Source: Candidatus Parcubacteria bacterium
Lineage (GTDB): Bacteria; Patescibacteriota; Minisyncoccia; Phycocordibacterales; CAIZLB01
Direction: 5' to 3'
DNA length: 64,000 nt
Assembly (NCBI GenBank): GCA_043760135.1
Contig: JAYUPL010000007.1
Span: forward strand, 64,106 to 128,105
The position numbers were made by a program, and so were the translations under genes. Shown here piece after piece: positions 51,440 through 61,085 of this stretch. The first letter of the stretch is position 1; every line of letters starts with the position of its first letter. The notes beneath the pieces were generated by a model. The model was not told where the DNA came from. It searched no databases and saw nothing but the letters and a program-made list of their open reading frames with translations.

Positions 51440-51985
51440 TTATTCTTTCCGTCCCATCATGACGGCCAGGGTTTTGTCTGGGGCTGCTGGGACGAAACGA
51501 ACACGGGAAGCATTCATCCGGATTGCGAGGAATTGTTTTGGGTCGATGACGACCTTGGAAAACTCACTATTATCTAACCGGAGGTAGGACTCGTTGGTAT
51601 CGCTGTCTTTCCAGACAGCTGTGACTTTGTTCGGGTCGTCCTTGGATTGGAATTCGATGACACAGTCTTTTTTGACACGGTATGTTGTGTTGAATGTGTT
51701 TACTGGTCCACGCATTACGAACCATTCGGTCGTATTGGTGGCAGCTGTGGTTGGGGTGAACCAATCGTAGCCGTGACTGTCGACCCCCTTATGGTCAAAG
51801 TTCCAGCCGGTTGGGCTTTCAGGTTGACGAGGGGTTGGAAGTGGACGTTCGGCGGGGAGTGGGGTGATGACGGTTTTTTTAATGGTCTGAACAGTGTTGT
51901 AACTGTTTTTCCGGAAGAATATTTCATCCCGGAAAAAATAGAACATAGCTCCGATGAATACGAGGATCAGGATTATTGCTTTCAT
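51440..51985 (-). CDS. Hypothetical membrane-anchored protein (GC-rich, probably acquired)
   Basis: N-terminal TM; own promoter and terminator. Confidence 0.6.
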   Translation of the reverse strand: MKAIILILVFIGAMFYFFRDEIFFRKNSYNTVQTIKKTVITPLPAERPLPTPRQPESPTGWNFDHKGVDSHGYDWFTPTTAATNTTEWFVMRGPVNTFNTTYRVKKDCVIEFQSKDDPNKVTAVWKDSDTNESYLRLDNSEFSKVVIDPKQFLAIRMNASRVRFVPAAPDKTLAVMMGRKE

Positions 51986-52115
51986 GATTGGTGTTTGTTG
52001 AATGTTTTACCTATATATTATAGCATACTTTATAGGTAAAAGTCAAGTATGTATATAATAAAAACCCTAGAACCGGTGAGGGTCCTAGGGTTGGAGGACT
52101 GAGTAGGCTTCTCAA

Positions 52116-53192
52116 TCAAATATCAAGGATTGTACGTCCTGCACCTCTGCCTGTCAGGATTTTCTTCTGGATGATTCCACGCTGAGTCATGACAATTGCC
52201 TGTGCCTCTTTATAGCTTAGAGGCTTGGTAGGATCCACTTCCTTGGACTTGTCGATCACCATCTGGATCTGATCGTTTAGTGCCGCTGTATCGACTTTCT
52301 CACGAGCATCCAGTGCTGCTTGAGCTCTGGCTGCTGATGCATCGTCAATTTGCTGTTTAATCTGCGCGGCCGGTTCTTGGATGTCCACAAGGTTGAAGTT
52401 GCTGATTTGATCGCCGTATCTTCCTTCAACAGGTGCCATTGCTTCACCCAAATGGGTTTCAATGTCATTCTTATCTATCTTCAAGGCTTTGACATCCTTG
52501 TACTTGTGGGCAGAGTCGTTGGTCCAATCGGTCAGTGCCTCAGTCAGAACATTAATTAGATCTTCATCCTTGTGAGGATTAGTGATATAAAGATATGTGT
52601 CTACTGTTGTTGCTGCAAAGTTTACATCAAAGTCCGCCTGAAACTTTTTCCCCTCCGAGTCACCATCTATCTCGATCTGGATGGATATAGTCTTTTTGAT
52701 CACTCGAGCTGTATTGTCCAGTGCATGAATCTTGACTAAAAATGCTGGGAGTCCTGTAAACAGGCCGATTGCAGAATTTTTCTGATTCTTGAATGCTATA
52801 GGCATCCAGCCATTGATTGACAGCTGCCCGATCTGGGTTTCTGACAACCTCTTCTTGTCCCAGCACGATAATATTGAAGCAACTGCCAAGGTGGCGAGAA
52901 TGGCTTTGAAGGTTGCCCGTAAGCCAATCCGTAACCATTCAGCGAGTGGGTGCCACTCAACATTAAATGCCGGTCCAAGCACATAGAGGATGAAGAAGTA
53001 GGCTATCGTGAAGATCATCGCATGGTATGCAACGAACATCAAGACTTTCGACAACATCAGCCAGCTAATGTAGGCTACCAAAGCAACCAGGATGCATACT
53101 GAAATTTTCCATTCGAAGGGTGAGATTATCAATGCAATCAGAATTGCAAATCCTCCCACCCAATTAAGCATTTGCCTTTGTTTTACTGTCAT
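52116..53192 (-). CDS. Hypothetical membrane protein, possible SPFH-like domain with coiled coil
   Basis: Four N-terminal TMs, then alpha/beta domain and Ala/Gln-rich helix. Confidence 0.55.
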   Translation of the reverse strand: MTVKQRQMLNWVGGFAILIALIISPFEWKISVCILVALVAYISWLMLSKVLMFVAYHAMIFTIAYFFILYVLGPAFNVEWHPLAEWLRIGLRATFKAILATLAVASILSCWDKKRLSETQIGQLSINGWMPIAFKNQKNSAIGLFTGLPAFLVKIHALDNTARVIKKTISIQIEIDGDSEGKKFQADFDVNFAATTVDTYLYITNPHKDEDLINVLTEALTDWTNDSAHKYKDVKALKIDKNDIETHLGEAMAPVEGRYGDQISNFNLVDIQEPAAQIKQQIDDASAARAQAALDAREKVDTAALNDQIQMVIDKSKEVDPTKPLSYKEAQAIVMTQRGIIQKKILTGRGAGRTILDI

Positions 53193-53367
53193 TTTCGTGT
53201 CTTTCTTCGTGTGTTATTGTTTTGAAATTTCATCCTGGACCTACATAGGTTTCAGGTAATGATGTGTATATTATAGCATGTTTTAATTAAAAAATCAAGG
53301 TATCCACTAATAGGCCTTAAAATCAGTATCTGGTAAAAAACTCGCTATACTATATAAGGTTGTTTTA

Positions 53368-53452
53368 TGGTGGGCAAGGAGGGACTCGAACCCTCAATCC
53401 GTGAAGAACTAGTTCCTAAGACTAGCGCGTATACCAATTCCGCCACTTGCCC
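53368..53452 (-). tRNA. tRNA-Leu(TAG)
   Basis: GGGCAAGTGGCGGAATTGGTATACGCG-CTAGT-CTTAGGA-ACTAG...CCA. Confidence 0.95.
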
Positions 53453-53466
53453 AACTTCCTAACTTG

Positions 53467-53539
53467 TCCGCCTAATAGGATTTGAACCTATGACCGTTCG
53501 CTTAAGAGGCGACTGCTCTACCAACTGAGCTATAGGCGG
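53467..53539 (-). tRNA. tRNA-Lys(CTT)
   Basis: CCGCCTATAGCTCAGTTGGTAGAGCA...CTCTTAA...GGTTCAAATCC. Confidence 0.93.
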
Positions 53540-53566
53540 TTATATGTATTCAATTCTAATAAGCTG

Positions 53567-53639
53567 TGGACCCGAGGGGATTCGAACTCCTGACCTCCTC
53601 AGTGCAAATGAGGCGCTCTACCAACTAAGCTACGGGCCC
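53567..53639 (-). tRNA. tRNA-Ala(TGC)
   Basis: GGGCCCGTAGCTTAG...CCTCA-TTTGCAC-TGAGG; G3-U70 pair. Confidence 0.95.
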
Positions 53640-53695
53640 AATGGAGATAATATACTATTTTTTAAGCCAGAAAGCAATACTTTTATTCGAAGTTT

Positions 53696-53740
53696 CTTTA
53701 TTATTTCTTTATGAGAACTTTATTGAGGTTTTTCTATGAT
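53696..53740 (+). promoter_or_regulatory. Triple direct-repeat promoter, copy 4 (three perfect CTTTAT)
   Basis: CTTTAT-tattt-CTTTAT-gagaa-CTTTAT-11nt-TATGAT. Confidence 0.78.
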
Positions 53741-53770
53741 ATATGAATAACAACCAGAAATTTACAAAAA

Positions 53771-54154
53771 ATGAAAAATCTTATTAAAGTCTATTATTCA
53801 CTAGATCAAGGTATTCCTATTGACCATCATTTAGAATTAATCAGGATTCATGATAGTTGCGATATTTATATTTCCAGAAAGGCATTGAAACATTTTGTTG
53901 AAAGCCGAAAAAAAGAGATGATTGAAACCCGTAATCAGAAAGAGATCTGTGATAAGTTATGTTTTGCTGTTAAAAATGTAATTTTTACATATATAAAGTA
54001 TGACAGAATTGAACAATCATCACTAAATAGGTTGATATATATAAAATATTTTAAAAAATTGCGAAATTCCAGTTTAGGTATTGTGGTAGAACGAGTTGAA
54101 GACAGGAGTGAAATTTGTTCAATACATTTCAAGAAACACAAAAAACCACCTTAA
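53771..54154 (+). CDS. Small putative BECR/RelE-like ribonuclease, paralog 1
   Basis: DIYISRKALKHFVESR shared with the 60.7 kb ORF; C-terminal beta-meander (LGIVVE..EICSIHFKK); fold assignment is an inference. Confidence 0.55.
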   Translation: MKNLIKVYYSLDQGIPIDHHLELIRIHDSCDIYISRKALKHFVESRKKEMIETRNQKEICDKLCFAVKNVIFTYIKYDRIEQSSLNRLIYIKYFKKLRNSSLGIVVERVEDRSEICSIHFKKHKKPP

Positions 54155-54289
54155 AGTGGTTTTTTGTGAGACTTAGGATGACGGCAAGGACAAATAATTA
54201 CTTACTTGTGTTTTCATCCATGAGTACGTTGATATTTCTACCAAGTCCGCAGCACAGCCGATTGTTAATTTTCTGTCGTTAAGTCTTAT
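54137..54289 (-). ncRNA. Conserved structured RNA, copy 1
   Basis: TTGACA(54323-18)-16-TAATAT; homologous to 61064-61220; GNRA-capped stems; terminator 54137-54168. Confidence 0.8.
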
Positions 54290-54328
54290 GTAACAATATT
54301 ATCAAAAAAAATAACCTTGTCAATAAAA

Positions 54329-54748
54329 ATGAAAAAAACAACAAATAATGAACAACATGGCTTTATAACCCTATTTTTTATATTGGGGGTATCATTTACT
54401 TTTCTAACCTGGATTTCGTTGAGTTCGGAAAGGGTATTTGGGTACATACGTATAAAGGATGATTTTATTGCATCCAGATCTGTACTACATGATCATATTC
54501 TCTGTGCTGATGCTTTTATTAATATAGTGATTGAATCTCGACATAATTTGAGTTTTAATGGTGGCATCTATAATTTTAAGAGGAATTTGTATTTCGTGGA
54601 TGATTTTTCATGCAATATTAAATCTATAAGCTCAACCCATGAAGATAACACTATTAAGACTGTTTTCTTTACTATTGGTGAATTTCGCTTTGAGTATCAG
54701 TTTAAAAATGGTTTTGTAAACTCTATCAAATCTTTCAATTTATTTTAG
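54329..54748 (+). CDS. Pilin-like (PilX-type) protein
   Basis: Class III signal-like QHG-FITLFFILGVSF. Confidence 0.5.
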   Translation: MKKTTNNEQHGFITLFFILGVSFTFLTWISLSSERVFGYIRIKDDFIASRSVLHDHILCADAFINIVIESRHNLSFNGGIYNFKRNLYFVDDFSCNIKSISSTHEDNTIKTVFFTIGEFRFEYQFKNGFVNSIKSFNLF

Positions 54749-54802
54749 GGGTGTTTGTCTACAATAAGTACATTATCAATTAATTAAATAAACAAAAAAA
54801 AT

Positions 54803-55309
54803 ATGAAAAACACAAAAAAATACCAAAAGGGCACTTCTTTTTTGCCAAGGCAAAACAAGTCGCAAAAAGGGTTTACCCTTATCGAAATATTAGTAGTGAT
54901 CGGTATTATCGGGATCCTGGCCACGGTGGTTTTGGTGGCAGTAAATCCGAGTCGTCAATTTAAACAAGCAAGAGATTCGCAACGGGTAGCGAACGTGAAT
55001 ACTATATTGAATGCTCTCGGTCAAAATATTGCTGACCACCAAGGTAACTTGTTTTGTGACGGGGCAATCACCCCTTTAGATTATAACTCTACACATGAGA
55101 TAAGTAGTACTGCCGGAGCCTTTGATGTCGCAAACTGCTTGATTCCTGAATATTTACCTAAGCTGCCATATGACCCTAAAAATGATACTTCCCACTATAC
55201 GAATGAAGATGAATACAATACTGGATATAACTTGTCTGTTGATGATGGAGGACGTCTCACAGTAACTGCTGCGGGGGAGATACAATCAGAAATTTCAGTA
55301 ACAAGGTAA
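54803..55309 (+). CDS. Type IV pilin / T2SS pseudopilin
   Basis: KGFTLIEILVVIGIIGILA, ARDSQR, YLPKLPYDP. Confidence 0.92.
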   Translation: MKNTKKYQKGTSFLPRQNKSQKGFTLIEILVVIGIIGILATVVLVAVNPSRQFKQARDSQRVANVNTILNALGQNIADHQGNLFCDGAITPLDYNSTHEISSTAGAFDVANCLIPEYLPKLPYDPKNDTSHYTNEDEYNTGYNLSVDDGGRLTVTAAGEIQSEISVTR

Positions 55310-55362
55310 TCTGAACGATATCACTTGAATTAATATTCTATTAATGTTATATTGTATGAATT

Positions 55363-55485
55363 ATGAAATTATTATCGTCACTCAAAAAAGCAGATCTTCG
55401 CCAAGGTGAATTTATTGTACGTCGTGGAAAGCATCTATATCGTATTAATAAGGCAAATCGTAAACGAAACGCAAAACAAGGCTAG
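55363..55485 (+). CDS. rpmJ: 50S ribosomal protein L36, Cys-free type (missing from ORF track)
   Basis: MKLLSSLKK...IVRRGKHLYRINKANRKRNAKQG. Confidence 0.88.
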   Translation: MKLLSSLKKADLRQGEFIVRRGKHLYRINKANRKRNAKQG

Positions 55486-55726
55486 GCCTTGTTTTTGTTT
55501 TCTATCGACCTTTCAGACCGGTCGGTGAGTCAGCCTGTGAATTGACTCTAGTGTAAAAGACATCATGATTTCTCGAGTTATGATGTCTTTTAGTATCCCC
55601 ATAATGTCCTATATGTCCTTGATAACAAAGGCTAAGCTAATTTAGACTTTATGCAGTTGTCCTTGACACAGCACTTGACTCTTATTTGACTTATATTAAC
55701 AAACATGATACAAATATGAAAACATT

Positions 55727-56779
55727 ATGGCAAATACTTCAACACCTACATTTTCATTTAAGGTGAAAAATGTAACTAAAAAATTATTATCAGCTATACC
55801 CGAACGCTCAAGGGTTATTATCTCACACCGCTTTGGACTTGATAAAAGTACTGAGAAAATGACTCTTGAAGCTATCGGTGAAAACTATGATATTACTCGT
55901 GAAAGAGTAAGACAGATAGAAGCTAACTCTATAGTGACTATTAGAAAGTCTCAAGTGTTCAAAGAAGAGTCTAAGGTCTTTGAAGAGTTGGCTTTATATA
56001 TCAAAAAAATAGGAGGTATTATCGCTGAGCATGATTTGCTGAACCATCTATCAAAAGATGAGTCAACTCAAAATCATTATCATTTCCTATTGATCATCGG
56101 AGATCAATTTAAGAAAGAGAAGGAAACTGAAGAATTCCACCACCGATGGCATGTTGATTCAGAGCTATCTAAGAAGATTCACGATGCTTTGAAAAAACTA
56201 TATACAAACTTAGATGACAACTCATTGATCCCTGAAAACGAGATGATCAAATCTTTCATGGATAATGTGAAGGATATATCAGATGAATTGAAAAATGACG
56301 AAATCTCAAAGAGATGGTTGCGTATTTCAAAACATATCGATAAGAACCCTCTTGGTGAATGGGGTAAATCAGCTTCAACTAATGTAAAGGTGAAAGGTAT
56401 TAGAGATTATGCTTACCTTGCAATGAGAAAACATGGATCTCCTGTTCACTTTAAAGAAATCGCTAAATTGATCCAAAATGTGTTCGGTAAAAGAGCACAT
56501 GAAGCTACAACTCACAATGAGCTTATAAAAGATAATCGATTCGTTCTTGTAGGACGTGGTCTATATGCCTTGGCTGAATGGGGATATGTGTCAGGTGTGG
56601 TAAAAGACGTTATAGTTAAGGTTTTGGGTAAATATGGTCCTATGACAAGAGAAGAGATATTCGATAAGGTGATGAAGGAGAGGTATGTTAAAGAAAACAC
56701 TATATTGGTCAACTTGCAAAACTCATCGGCTTTCAAAAAGGATTCTTCAGGCAAATATCACGTAATAGCTGAAAAATAA
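55727..56779 (+). CDS. Sigma70 region-4 HTH plus HARE-HTH/RpoE(delta)-like winged-helix protein
   Basis: RFGL...TLEAIGENYDITRERVRQIE; C-terminal HNELIKDNRFVLVGRGLYALAEW. Confidence 0.8.
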   Translation: MANTSTPTFSFKVKNVTKKLLSAIPERSRVIISHRFGLDKSTEKMTLEAIGENYDITRERVRQIEANSIVTIRKSQVFKEESKVFEELALYIKKIGGIIAEHDLLNHLSKDESTQNHYHFLLIIGDQFKKEKETEEFHHRWHVDSELSKKIHDALKKLYTNLDDNSLIPENEMIKSFMDNVKDISDELKNDEISKRWLRISKHIDKNPLGEWGKSASTNVKVKGIRDYAYLAMRKHGSPVHFKEIAKLIQNVFGKRAHEATTHNELIKDNRFVLVGRGLYALAEWGYVSGVVKDVIVKVLGKYGPMTREEIFDKVMKERYVKENTILVNLQNSSAFKKDSSGKYHVIAEK

Positions 56780-56859
56780 ACTTGATTCACAATATTATTT
56801 GTGCTATGCTTTTCTTACTATTTATTAATCAAACAAATCATTCAAATTAAACAAATTAC

Positions 56860-57237
56860 ATGCGTATATTAGGTATCAATCTTAACGATAATCAAAGAAT
56901 AGAGATGGCATTAACAGCTGTCTTTGGAATTGGACGTTCACGTGCACACACTATATTAGATAAAGCTGGCATCGAGTATGGAGCAAAAGCAAAAGATCTT
57001 TCTGTTGATGACGAAAATAAGATTCGTTCAGAGATCGAGGATTTCAAACTAGAAGCTGATCTAAAAAGAGAGATCGGTACAAACATTAAAAGATTGAAAG
57101 ATATCAAATCTTATAGAGGTACAAGACATGCGAAAAGATTACCTGTACGTGGACAACGAACAAAATCAAATGCTCGTACTCTTAAAGGTGTTAAAAAGAC
57201 TATGGGATCTGGTAAAAAGAAAGAGACTAAGAAATAA
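56860..57237 (+). CDS. rpsM: 30S ribosomal protein S13
   Basis: YRGTRHAKRLPVRGQRTKSNART. Confidence 0.98.
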   Translation: MRILGINLNDNQRIEMALTAVFGIGRSRAHTILDKAGIEYGAKAKDLSVDDENKIRSEIEDFKLEADLKREIGTNIKRLKDIKSYRGTRHAKRLPVRGQRTKSNARTLKGVKKTMGSGKKKETKK

Positions 57238-57268
57238 AATAAATTAAACTAAATCAACATTCATTATT

Positions 57269-57685
57269 ATGGCAAAAACAATAGTTAAAAAAACAGCTAA
57301 AGATGCAAAAGCTTCATCTAACAAGCTAAGTAAAAGAAAAATGGCATATGCTATTTTGAATATTCAATCTACATATAACAACACAAAAGTTGTATTAACA
57401 GATGAAAAAGGAAATCCAGTAGCATCTTCATCATCAGGATCACTTGGATTCAATGGTGCTAAAAAAGGTACACCTTTTGCTGCTGCTAAGATCGGTGAAG
57501 TACTGGCTGATAAAGCTATCATGATGGGAGTTAAGGAAGTTGGTGTTGTTATTAAAGGGACAGGTTCAGGTCGTGAGTCAGTGGTGAGATCATTTATATC
57601 AAAAGGTATTTCAATCGATACTATAAAAGATAGAACTCCTGTGCCACACAATGGTCCAAAACCTAAAAAGCCTAGAAGAATATAG
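57269..57685 (+). CDS. rpsK: 30S ribosomal protein S11
   Basis: STYNNT, KKGTPFAA, TPVPHNG. Confidence 0.98.
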   Translation: MAKTIVKKTAKDAKASSNKLSKRKMAYAILNIQSTYNNTKVVLTDEKGNPVASSSSGSLGFNGAKKGTPFAAAKIGEVLADKAIMMGVKEVGVVIKGTGSGRESVVRSFISKGISIDTIKDRTPVPHNGPKPKKPRRI

Positions 57686-57744
57686 CAATAGAATCTAGTT
57701 GAGAATCTAATAATTAAAAGTATTTAAATAATAAATCAAACAAT

Positions 57745-58350
57745 ATGAAAATCGGTCCAAAATTTAAAATAGCAAAACGCCTAGGTGCTCCAATCTTTGA
57801 GAAAACTCAAACTCAAAAATTTAGAGTAAAAATGGAAAATGCTCCAAAGAAAAAAGGTAAGAAGAATGTATCTTCATACGGTCTTCAGTTGATTGAAAAA
57901 CAAAAAGCTCGTTTTACATATGGTATTACAGCCGGACAATTTGGAAGATATATCAAAGAAGTTATTGATTCTAAAACTGTTTACGGTCCAGAAGAACTAT
58001 ATAAAAAATTAGAAACAAGATTGGATAATGTTGTATATCGTATGGGACTATCTAACACAAGACGTTTTGCAAGACAAATCGTATCTCACGGTCATATCTT
58101 GATCAACGGTGTTAAAAACACTATTCCATCAGCCGTAGTGAGAGCTGGAGATATTATTTCAGTACGTGAGGGAAGTAAGAAAACAAAAACTTTCCACGAT
58201 TATTCAGAAAGATCTAAGAGTTTGACTATTCAAGACTGGTTATCATTTGACGGAGACAAGATGACAGGAAAAGTTGTTAAACTACCGACACTAACAGGAC
58301 AAGATGTATTATTTGATTTAGGTCAAGTGATAGAGTTCTCAAAGAGATAA
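57745..58350 (+). CDS. rpsD: 30S ribosomal protein S4
   Basis: LETRLDNVVYR, ARQIVSHGHI. Confidence 0.98.
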   Translation: MKIGPKFKIAKRLGAPIFEKTQTQKFRVKMENAPKKKGKKNVSSYGLQLIEKQKARFTYGITAGQFGRYIKEVIDSKTVYGPEELYKKLETRLDNVVYRMGLSNTRRFARQIVSHGHILINGVKNTIPSAVVRAGDIISVREGSKKTKTFHDYSERSKSLTIQDWLSFDGDKMTGKVVKLPTLTGQDVLFDLGQVIEFSKR

Positions 58351-58389
58351 GATACATTAATAATTTATTAAATAAAAATAAACAAAATT

Positions 58390-59367
58390 ATGAACACATC
58401 AATAGTATCACCATCAAAACCAAAAATTATCAAAGAAACTGATAATAAGGGTTCTTATGAAATAGGTGGATTGTATCCAGGATATGGACATACACTTGGA
58501 AACTCTCTAAGAAGAATCATCCTATCATCACTTCCAGGTGCTGCGATAACTTCTATCAAGATTGCAGGTATTCCTCATGAATTTTCTACTATCAAAGGTA
58601 TAAAAGAAGATGTTATTTCAATGATCTTAAACCTAAAGAAGATCAAATTTTCTATAGTGGCAGGTGAAGAAATCGTTCTCACTCTTAAGAAAAAAGGTAT
58701 AGGTACGGTTACTGCAGCTGACATCGATGTTGCCGGTCAAGTTGAAGTTTTGACTCCAGATCAGCATATTGCAACTATCACAGAATCAGATGCTGTTTTA
58801 CAAATGGAAATCACTCTATCAAACGGTATTGGCTATGTTTCTAAAGAAGTATTGCAAAAAGAAAGAGTACCAGTTGAGTCTATTGCGCTTGATGCAGCTT
58901 TCTCACCTATTGTAAACGTGTCATATGATGTAGATCAAATGCGTGTTGGTGATAGAACTGACTTCAACAGACTTATTATAAACATCGAAACTGATGGTTC
59001 AGTCACCCCAAAAGCCGCGCTTGAGAAATCAATAGAAATAATGATTTACCAACTAAAAGCTATTATCGACTTCCAAGATGTTGAAGTTGTTAAAGAAGAA
59101 GTTGAAAGTAAAAAAGAGGAATTTAAAGATGACGATGAAAGTAAGCTAGATAAAGACGTTCTTGACGATGTTTTGAAAACTAGAATCGAGTCACTTGAAA
59201 TAAGTCAAAGAACTATCAATGCACTTATCGAAGCCAATATCAGAACTATCGGTGGATTGATCAGGAAGAAAGAGAAAGATCTACTCGATGTTGATGGAAT
59301 GGGCAAGAAAGGGCTAGATGAATTGAAAGAAATATTAGCTAAATTTGATTTAACAATTAAAGAATAA
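58390..59367 (+). CDS. rpoA: RNA polymerase alpha subunit
   Basis: GYGHTLGNSLRRIILSS, HEFSTI. Confidence 0.98.
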   Translation: MNTSIVSPSKPKIIKETDNKGSYEIGGLYPGYGHTLGNSLRRIILSSLPGAAITSIKIAGIPHEFSTIKGIKEDVISMILNLKKIKFSIVAGEEIVLTLKKKGIGTVTAADIDVAGQVEVLTPDQHIATITESDAVLQMEITLSNGIGYVSKEVLQKERVPVESIALDAAFSPIVNVSYDVDQMRVGDRTDFNRLIINIETDGSVTPKAALEKSIEIMIYQLKAIIDFQDVEVVKEEVESKKEEFKDDDESKLDKDVLDDVLKTRIESLEISQRTINALIEANIRTIGGLIRKKEKDLLDVDGMGKKGLDELKEILAKFDLTIKE

Positions 59368-59408
59368 TACTTGATTTTTAACAGTATTTAAGATATATTT
59401 ACAAGACT

Positions 59409-59759
59409 ATGAGACATCACAATGCAAACAGAAAATTTAATAGAGGCAGAAATCAGAGAAAAGCTTTGATCAGATCTTTGGTGCGTGAACTTTTTGTACA
59501 CGGAAAAATAGAGACAACTTTAGCTAAAGCTAAAGAGTCAGCTCCATATGCAGAAGATTTTATCACAAAAGCTCGAATCGATACTGTTGCATCTCGTCGT
59601 GATGTTGCAAGAAGAATGGCCAATAACGACATAGTTGGAAAATTGTTCTCAGAAATTGCTCCAAAATATATCGGAAGAAATGGTGGCTATACAAGAATTA
59701 TCAAGAAAGGACCAAGACAGGCTGATGGCGCTCTTATGGCTATCATAGAATTAGTATAA
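59409..59759 (+). CDS. rplQ: 50S ribosomal protein L17
   Basis: MRH, IETTLAKAKE, RNGGYTRI. Confidence 0.98.
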   Translation: MRHHNANRKFNRGRNQRKALIRSLVRELFVHGKIETTLAKAKESAPYAEDFITKARIDTVASRRDVARRMANNDIVGKLFSEIAPKYIGRNGGYTRIIKKGPRQADGALMAIIELV

Positions 59760-59770
59760 TAAATAACACA

Positions 59771-60115
59771 ATGAAATACACAATCGACGCAACAAATAAA
59801 AGATTAGGTAATTTGGCACAAGACGTGGCTAAACACCTTATGGGTAAAAACTCAGTAGACTTCGCCAAAAACGTAGTTGCTGATGTTCAGGTTTTGGTTA
59901 TCAACGCTGATAAGCTTGATATCACAGATAAGAAAAAAGATGAGAAATATTATCTAACATACTCAGGATATCCAGGTGGACAAAAGAAAGAGTTCCTAGG
60001 ACACTTACTTGAAAGAAAAGGAGTGGAGGAAGTTATTGTTCGTGCTGTATCAAGAATGTTACCAAAAAACAAACTAAGAGATAGAATGCTTTTAAATATA
60101 GAAATAACTAAATAA
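59771..60115 (+). CDS. rplM: 50S ribosomal protein L13
   Basis: IDA..KRLG, SGYPGG, MLPKNKL. Confidence 0.97.
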   Translation: MKYTIDATNKRLGNLAQDVAKHLMGKNSVDFAKNVVADVQVLVINADKLDITDKKKDEKYYLTYSGYPGGQKKEFLGHLLERKGVEEVIVRAVSRMLPKNKLRDRMLLNIEITK

Positions 60116-60120
60116 TAATT

Positions 60121-60528
60121 ATGGCAACAAAATCAACATCAAAATATTATGAAGCAGTAGGAAGAAGAAAAACATCTTCTGCACGCGTTCGTATTACACC
60201 AGCTGCAAAAACAAGTATGGTTATAAACGATAAAGATCACACAGAATATTTTAAAACTAAAGAATTACAAAATCTTTCAATCGAGTCTTTGGTAAAAACT
60301 CTTCCTGAAAAAGGCTTTGAGATTACTGTTAAAGTTACAGGTGGTGGTATCAATGGTCAAGCCGAGTCAGTAAGACTTGGTATCGCAAGAGCACTTGAGG
60401 CTTTTGATGCAGAACTAAGAGCTCCTCTTAAAAAAGAAGGATTTCTAACGAGAGATGGAAGAGCTAAAGAAAGAAGAAAATTCGGTTTGAAGAAAGCGAG
60501 AAAGAGTAAGCAATGGTCAAAGCGTTAA
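60121..60528 (+). CDS. rpsI: 30S ribosomal protein S9
   Basis: [23 protein letters not shown]. Confidence 0.98.
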   Translation: MATKSTSKYYEAVGRRKTSSARVRITPAAKTSMVINDKDHTEYFKTKELQNLSIESLVKTLPEKGFEITVKVTGGGINGQAESVRLGIARALEAFDAELRAPLKKEGFLTRDGRAKERRKFGLKKARKSKQWSKR

Positions 60529-60623
60529 TATACAGAGACTTCATCAAAAGATGGAGTTTTTTGTTTGGAAAGTTTATAACTACGAAAGTACAATACTGAT
60601 TAAGGATAATTCCAAAGCCATTT

Positions 60624-60668
60624 TTTTATCAATTCTTCAAGAGAACTTTATGTGGTCTTTGGTAAAAT
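60624..60668 (+). promoter_or_regulatory. Triple direct-repeat promoter, copy 5
   Basis: TTTTAT-caatt-CTTCAA-gagaa-CTTTAT-11nt-TAAAAT. Confidence 0.75.
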
Positions 60669-60695
60669 TCTTAAATCACTATAAATACAAGCACA

Positions 60696-61085
60696 ATTAA
60701 AAAATTAATAAATGAATATTTTCATTTAAAAACAGGCGAATTGATTGCCGATTTTTTAGAATTGGTATTTGTTTGTAAACTGAACAGTAAAGACGTATCT
60801 ATCTCTAGGAGGGCATTAAAGCACTTTGTGGAGAGTAGGTCTAGCGAAATGGCAGATAGTTACGAAAACAACAGTATCTTGGAAAAGATGTATTACATAA
60901 TAGATAATGTCGAAGATGTGCTCAATATGTATGATGTCTTTCAAACTATGAATGGCAGGTATTATTTTACTAAGCATTATTGGAAACTAGATAAACCCTC
61001 AATAAGAATAGTTTTAGAATTGGTAGATAATCACTTTGAAATAGTTACGATGTATTATAAGAAAACTAAAAACACCACCGAATGA
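60696..61085 (+). CDS. Small putative BECR/RelE-like ribonuclease, paralog 2 (homology extends upstream of the called TTG 60741)
   Basis: DVSISRRALKHFVESR; IKKLINEYFHLKTGELIADFLEL aligns without gaps to MKNLIKVYYSLDQGIPIDHHLEL. Confidence 0.55.
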   Translation: MKKLINEYFHLKTGELIADFLELVFVCKLNSKDVSISRRALKHFVESRSSEMADSYENNSILEKMYYIIDNVEDVLNMYDVFQTMNGRYYFTKHYWKLDKPSIRIVLELVDNHFEIVTMYYKKTKNTTE

